From Eledone cirrhosa (Eukaryota), in NCBI GenBank assembly GCA_964016885.1, contig OZ024758.1, positions 39,618,001-39,682,000 on the forward strand: a stretch of 64,000 nt of DNA. The letters run 5' to 3'. Position numbers and translations under genes: made by a program. This document shows positions 57,996-64,000 of this stretch, piece by piece. Every line of letters begins with the position of its first letter. Position 1 is the stretch's first letter. The notes under the pieces were generated by a model. The model was not told the origin of the DNA, ran no database searches, and saw only the letters and a program-made list of their open reading frames with translations.

Positions 57996-58217
57996 CCCTT
58001 TACCATTCACATTACTCTATATATACTATTGTGTATTTTCATGGTAAAGGCTTTATCTCACATAATTATCTCACATAATATCGAATCTATGAGATTTTGA
58101 AAGTATTTATTTTGAGAACAATACCTTAACATCAGTTTGAGCGACCAGTTACAGCCAATATCAACAGAAAGAGGTAGAGAATTCTGGCCGGTTTGGGCCA
58201 GTTTGAACACGAAAGGG
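57996..58217. mobile_element. piggyBac-like TTAA MITE (222 bp)
   Basis: TTAA|CCCTTT ... AAAGGG|TTAA. Confidence 0.8.
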
Positions 58218-58950
58218 TTAATTAAAAACATTGGTACATTTGTGCTTTACATAGTTTTGGCTTGGTTTTACTGGTTGGGTATTCTTCTTGTAACCAATCA
58301 CTTTACTGAGTGGCCTGGGTGCACCAGTTCTTGAGAGGTTGTACTAATTAGGGTGGCACCAAGTGGATACAAAATGTGGGACGAAAAGAAGAGAGAGGAG
58401 TCAGTTGAAAATGTCTGAGTGGAGGTGGCATGAACCTAGAATACTCCGAGGAACAGAGTCCAATATAGTAGTGGTGGAAAGCAGGAGGAGAAGGCACATG
58501 GGGAGAGTATCAGTGAAGAAGAGAAAAAATGGTGTATCCATTTGGTTTATAGTCAAGTTTTATTTTTTTTAAACAAGCACCTTTATAGGCTTAGTCGGCC
58601 ACCTATGAGGTTGTCACCCCATAGGAAGTATTCTGGGTGTTTCAATGGTAAGGACACCATGCCTATCACGTTGTTGTTACAGCTCACATTTATGTAGGTT
58701 TGGCTGGCCCCCTACAAGGATGCACTCCATAGGAAATATTCTGGGTGTTTTAATAATAAGGACCCCAGGCCTATCATGTTGTTACAGCTCTACCTATGTA
58801 GGTTTAACTGGCCTCTGACAAAAATGCACCCCAAAGGAGCCTCGGTCTTTTCATGTCACTCTTTCCTTGGTAAGTTTGGAATCTCACTTTGAAGTGCCAT
58901 GTGCTCACCTAGAAATACAAATAGCATAGAAGATCTACTGAATGACTCAC

Positions 58951-59088
58951 CTGTCTGACAATTGCTACCTTGATAGCCAGCTTCACAGCCACCACTGGAA
59001 CATACACCTGTGATGGGGTCACACTTGCTGTTGTTGGCACAGTGACATGAGTTAATACAGTTGTCACCAAATTGACCACTTCTACACT
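58951..59088 (-). CDS. EGF-repeat exon 3
   Basis: 138 bp, gtacccag|...|gtgagt; CRSGQFGDNCINSCHCANNSKCDPITGVCSSGGCEAGYQGSNCQT. Confidence 0.92.
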
Positions 59089-59119
59089 CTGGGTACATTA
59101 AATATGAAGAATATAGAAG

Positions 59120-59970
59120 TTAGATGGAATGAGATGTGAAATGTATGTGATATACAATGTATGAGTTGTGAAATGTATGGGATGTGAAATGTATGGGATG
59201 TGAAATGTAGGAATATGAAATGTAGTGGGTGTAAAATGTAGGGATGTGAAATGTAGGTGATGTGAAATGTATGGATGAGGAATGTAGGGATGGGGAATGT
59301 AGGGATGAGGAATGTAGGAGATGTGAAATGTAGGATATGTGAACTGTAGTAGATATGAAATGTAAGAGATGTGAAATGTAAGAGATGTGAAATGTAGGTG
59401 ATGTGAAATGTAGGATATGTGAAATGTAGGATATGTGAAATGTAAGGATGTGAAATGTAGGAGATGTGAAATGTAAGAGATGTGAAATGTAAGGATGTGA
59501 AATGTAGGAGATGTGAAATGTAAGAGATGTGAAATGTAGGTGATGTAAAATGTAAGAGATGTGAAATGTAGGTGATGTGAAATTTAAGAGATGTGAAATG
59601 TAGGGATGAGGAATGTAGGAGATGTGAAATGTAGGAGATGTGAAATGTAGGAGATGTGAAATGTAAGAGATGTGAAATGTAAGATATGTGAAATGTAAGA
59701 GATGTGAAATGTAGGAGATGTGAAATGTAAGAGATGTGAAATGTAAGAGATGTGAAATGTAAGAGATGTGAAATGTAGGTGATGTGAAATGTAAGAGATG
59801 TGAAATGTAAGAGATGTGAAATGTAGGAGATGTGAAATGTAAGAGATGTGAAATGTAGGTGATGTGAAATGTAAGAGATGTGAAATGTAGGATATGTGAA
59901 ATGTAAAGGTGTGAATTGTATAATGTGAAATATAGATGTGAATTGTGTGAGATGTGAAATGTAGAGAATG
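59120..59970. repeat. Purine-rich minisatellite, ~17-bp unit GATGTGAAATGTAAGA/GGA
   Basis: Dozens of tandem copies, followed by (AAC)n-rich tracts to about 60308. Confidence 0.95.
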
Positions 59971-60320
59971 TACAAGAATAACAGTAAACATCAACAACAA
60001 CAACAGCAACCATCATCAACAACAATAACATGAATAACAAAAACAAACAACAATAGCAACAACAATAGCAACAACAAAAACAATAACAAAATAACAACAG
60101 CAAACAAAAATAGCAGTCATCAACAACATCCCTTACATTTTTACCTGTTCCAGCCATCTGGCAGAGGCCATGCTGGGGCACCGCTCTTGTTGCTACACAT
60201 TCTATCTCCAGCCTGTGTTGTCTGGCCATTGGTGTAAGAGGGAGTTTGTTGCTGTTGCCCATCAATAACAAAATAACAACAACAAAACAACAATAGCAAC
60301 AACAACAAATATATACTTAC

Positions 60321-60458
60321 TTAACTGACAATTGTTACCCTCATATCTAGCAATACAACCCCCACTTGAACAGGTCCCTGATACTGGGGTACACTTGCTG
60401 TTGTCTGTACAGTGACATATACTGCTGCACTTGGCACCAAACCTTCCATATTGACAAA
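60321..60458 (-). CDS. EGF-repeat exon 2 (not in ORF track)
   Basis: 138 bp, ttctaccatag|...|gtaagt; CQYGRFGAKCSSICHCTDNSKCTPVSGTCSSGGCIARYEGNNCQL. Confidence 0.92.
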   Translation of the reverse strand, partial: FVNMEGLVPSAAVYVTVQTTASVPQYQGPVQVGVVLLDMRVTIVS

Positions 60459-60531
60459 CTATGGTAGAAAAAAAAAAATATATAATTCCAAAATTAAATT
60501 AAGGGTGTCATGTCCGAGAGACATGCGCCAT

Positions 60532-60641
60532 TAAACAACATAAGACAATTATTCCATTTACCAAAGGTTTTATGAAGACTGATGAGCTCGTCTGTCTTCG
60601 TGAAACCTTTGGTAAATGGAATAATTGTCTTATGTTGTTTA
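60532..60641. repeat. 110-bp near-perfect palindrome centred on GAGCTC
   Basis: TAAACAACATAAGACAATTATTCCATTTACCAAAGGTTT... mirrored by ...AAACCTTTGGTAAATGGAATAATTGTCTTATGTTGTTTA. Confidence 0.95.
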
Positions 60642-60714
60642 TTACATAACTAAATAGCTCTGTAGCTTACATAGTGCACTCTCCTTTCCTTCGGAAACAC
60701 TTAATATATATATA

Positions 60715-61050
60715 TGCAGAAGACCTGACTTCCCTAGGGTACAAGCCGAAGCTGAAGCATATGGAAAATATGCCCCCACCCCCTCCTCCCACTGCAAAGT
60801 GGTCGTGGAGGTGTCATGACAAAAAAGCACCCAGCCCACACTGTAAAGTGGACATGTAGGCGCCACGGTAAAAAAGCACCTAGCACTCACTGTAAATGAG
60901 GTTGGTGCTAGGAAGGGCATCCAGCTGTAGAAATCAAGCCAGCATCAGTTCCCATATGAGCAAGACAAGGTCACTCGACCTGGCATTGCCTACAACAGGA
61001 CAACCGGTCTAACCCATGGAAGAATGGACGTAAAAGGGTGATGGTGATGA
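60715..61050 (+). mobile_element. RTE-type LINE 3' UTR fragment
   Basis: Homologous to 52150-52487. Confidence 0.85.
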
Positions 61051-61213
61051 TATATATTTTTTTCACTAATGTCACACAAAATTGTATGTTTTTTGTAGCT
61101 TTATGGTTTAACGGTTTCCTTTTTAAAAATTGTTTTTTTGTTTTGTTTTGTTTTCGTTCGCTGTCTTCTCTTTTCTTTGTTGATTTTCTTAAATATATAT
61201 ATATATAAATATA

Positions 61214-61252
<39 letters not shown>

Positions 61253-61975
61253 TTTTTTTTTCTGATTCCACCCTGCCTGTCCCTTCAATCTTTCTAATTT
61301 CTCATTCTTTCTTCTGATGAAGGACTAGCGTCCAAAACCTTAAAACCCTCTTGTTGCTATTTCAAGTGTTAACCTAATATTTTCTTTCCATATACTGTAC
61401 CGATTGTGTTGTTATCTCTGTTTACACACAATCATCATCATCATCATCATCATTTTACGTCCGCCTTTCCCTGCTTGCAAGGGTTGGACGGGTTCTATTC
61501 AGCGCAGCATCTCTCCACTTGTCACGGTCCTTCGTCATCTCCTCAGATTACATTTATTGTATTCAGCCATGTAGAGTGGAAATTTTATTTTATTTGAATG
61601 TGGCAAAGCCGGTCATTTATTGCTCGTATACAGGAAACTGACTGGCCAGTCTGCTGATATACAAATCTGGCTGATCAGTGGATCTGCTAATATGCAGATC
61701 TGACTGATCAGCCAGTCTGCTAATATGGAAATCAGGCCGATCAGCCACTGTATATTTTAGAAAATAGTATATATTTTCACTAGCTCTGACAGTTGGCAGG
61801 TGAAGAGTGAGCTGTACTGATGAAGGCTGATACCCAGAAAAGTTAGTGTCTGCAATTCTGTTTACATGCCAACACAAGAGCAAGAATGATGGGTTCATTC
61901 TATTGACATGGCTTTAAAATTGAGGCTTGTTTGCATAATTGCAGACGAATCGAATGCTATTATTAATATTCGAAA

Positions 61976-62168
61976 AGGGCGGTAGATTGGCAGTATCGGT
62001 AGAGGGTCGGACCATGCTTTGACGCATAAAGTTACGGCCCTTGCTATTCTGAGTTCAAATCCCGCTGAGGTTAACTTTGCCTTTCATCCTTATGGGGTCG
62101 ATAAAATAAAGTACCAGTAATACACTGGGTAATTGCTGGCCTTGTGCCAAAAGTAGAAACAATTATTA
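61976..62168 (+). mobile_element. tRNA-derived SINE (family A) with target-site duplication
   Basis: A and B boxes plus core; ATTATTAATATTCGAAAA occurs on both sides (about 61958-61976 and 62162-62179). Confidence 0.9.
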
Positions 62169-62329
62169 ATATTCGAAAAACTCAGATTACATATATATAT
62201 AGAGATATATATATATGGCTTAAAAGAGAAGATGAATGGTGTGTCTGACACATTGAGGTTGATGGAGACACCTTGCTGAGAGTCATAACACCAGACTCTT
62301 CAAATTTCATGCTGTTCTGATGCATTGAG

Positions 62330-62560
62330 ATGGAACAGATGCTACCTTTATAACCAGCACCACACCCTCCATTGGAACACACACCTGTCTGACAGTTGCT
62401 ACTTCCACAACCAGCACCACATCTTCCGCTGGAACACATACCTGTCTGACAGTTGATACCTTTATAATCAGCACCACACATTCTACTATAACACACACCT
62501 GTCTCTGTGTTACACCTGTCTCTGTGTTACATCTGTCTCTGTGTTACACCTACTGTCATC
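62330..62560 (-). pseudogene. Degenerate EGF exon with internal 17-bp x3 and 57-bp x3 tandem duplications
   Basis: DDSRCNTET / GVCYSRMCGADYKGINCQT / GMCSSGRCGAGCGSSNCQT / GVCSNGGCGAGYKGSICS. Confidence 0.75.
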
Positions 62561-62608
62561 TTGTTTCAATATATTAAGTTACAAACAAAGCTATACTACA
62601 CCACTTAC

Positions 62609-62746
62609 CTGTCTGACAGTTGCTACCTTCATAACCAGCAGCACATCCGCCACTAAAATACACACCTGTCTGTTTGTTACACCTGTTGTTGTCAGTACAG
62701 TGACAGATGCTTTCGCAGTTGGGTCCAAATTTACCAATATCACAAA
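62609..62746 (-). CDS. EGF-repeat exon 1 (most 5' in the window; not in ORF track)
   Basis: 138 bp, atgtttag|...|gtaagt; CDIGKFGPNCESICHCTDNNRCNKQTGVYFSGGCAAGYEGSNCQT. Confidence 0.9.
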
Positions 62747-62811
62747 CTAAACATACAAAAAAAATAGATAAACAAATTCTGAAGAAGTCACGGCTGTTCC
62801 ACGTTTCTAGT

Positions 62812-63762
62812 CACTGTACTATTGTAACTAGTACTCTACTAACTACCACTATACTAACTATTGTAACTAGTACTCTACTAACTACTACTACATCATTCAC
62901 TATACTAACTATTGTAACTAGTACTCTACTAACTACCACTATACCATTCACTATACTAACTATTGTAACTAGTACTCTATTAACTACCACTACATCATTC
63001 ACTATACTAACTATTGTAACTAGTACTCTACTAACTACCACTATACCATTCACTATACTAACTATTGTAACTAGTACTCTACTAACTACCACTACATCAT
63101 TCACTATACTAACTATTGTAACTAGTACTCTACTAACTACCACTATACCATTCACTATACTAACTATTGTAACTAGTACTCTACTAACTACCACTACATC
63201 ATTCACTATACTAACTATTGTAACTAGTACTCTACTAACTACCACTATACCATTCACTATACTAACTATTGTAACTAGTACTCTACTAACTACCACTATA
63301 CCATTCACTATACTAACTATTGTAACTAGTACTCTACTAACTACCACTACATCATTCACTATACTAACTATTGTAACTAGTACTCTACTAACTACCACTA
63401 CATCATTCACTATACTAACTATTGTAACTAGTACTCTACTAACTACCACTATACCAATCACTATACTAACTATTGTAACTAGTACTCTACTAACTACCAC
63501 TACATCATTCACTATACTAACTATTGTAACTAGTACTCTACTAACTACCACTATACCATTCACTATACTAACTACCACTACATCATTCACTATACTAACT
63601 ATTGTAACTAGTACTCTACTAACTACTACTACATCATTCATTATACTAACTATTGTAACTAGTACTCTACTAACTACTACTAAATCATTCACTATACTAA
63701 CTATTGTAACTAGTACGCTACTAACTACCACTATACCATTCACTATACTATTATAACTACCA
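62812..63762. repeat. Minisatellite, 51-bp unit
   Basis: CATTCACTATACTAACTATTGTAACTAGTACTCTACTAACTACCACTA(CAT/TAC), about 18 copies, partly alternating variants. Confidence 0.96.
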
Positions 63763-63767
63763 CTCTG

Positions 63768-64000
63768 TAGTAGTAGTAGTGGCACTCCATCGGTTACGAT
63801 GAGTGTTCCAACTGATACAATCAACAGTACAGCCTGCTCGTGAAATTTACATGCAAGTGGCTGAGTATTCCACAAACACGCGTACCCATAATATAGTTCT
63901 CAGGGAGATTCAGCAAGACACAATATGTGACAAGGCTAGCATTTCGAATTACAGGTACAGTTCATTTTTGCCAGCTGAGTGGACTGGAGCAACATGAAAT
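63768..64000 (-). mobile_element. SINE 3' portion, truncated by the window edge
   Basis: Shares CAGCTGAGTGGACTGGAGCAACATGAAAT and TCTCAGGGAGATTCAG with other SINE copies. Confidence 0.7.

Noticed and set aside
59082-60271. His/Ile/Ser-rich ORFs
   Set aside because: Translations of the ~17-bp and (AAC)n repeats, open in all three minus frames.
60585-60610. Hammerhead core CTGATGAG...GAAAC inside the palindrome
   Set aside because: No stem I or stem II can form; the motif is explained by the palindrome arms.
62707-63875. 349/354-aa Thr-rich or Val-rich mucin-like ORFs
   Set aside because: By-product of a 51-bp intronic minisatellite, open on both strands, with no convincing start or splice context.

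Overview
Eukaryotic, AT-rich, repeat-dense genomic DNA. The SINE/LINE families and microsatellite load suggest a mollusc, probably an octopus (inference only). Bases 1-28573 are an uninterrupted array of about 530 copies of a 54-bp satellite with nested higher-order duplications. Bases 28.6-64 kb hold a near-intact but nonsense-inactivated Helitron (Rep/Pif1) joined head-to-tail to non-autonomous copies, a near full-length RTE LINE, a 5'-truncated RTE-type LINE with a PHD-like finger, many SINEs/MITEs, a Tc1/mariner relic, a 5S rRNA fragment and six unrelated minisatellites. A minus-strand host gene, mostly missed by the ORF track, is represented by eight exons, each exactly 138 bp, phase 1-1, each encoding one Cys-rich EGF-like repeat (MEGF10/SREC/Draper-like). 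Beside one exon lies a degenerate exon that has internally multiplied into tandem half-domains. There is no prokaryotic system or CRISPR array, and almost all ORFs in the track are repeat artefacts. All boundaries were read by eye.
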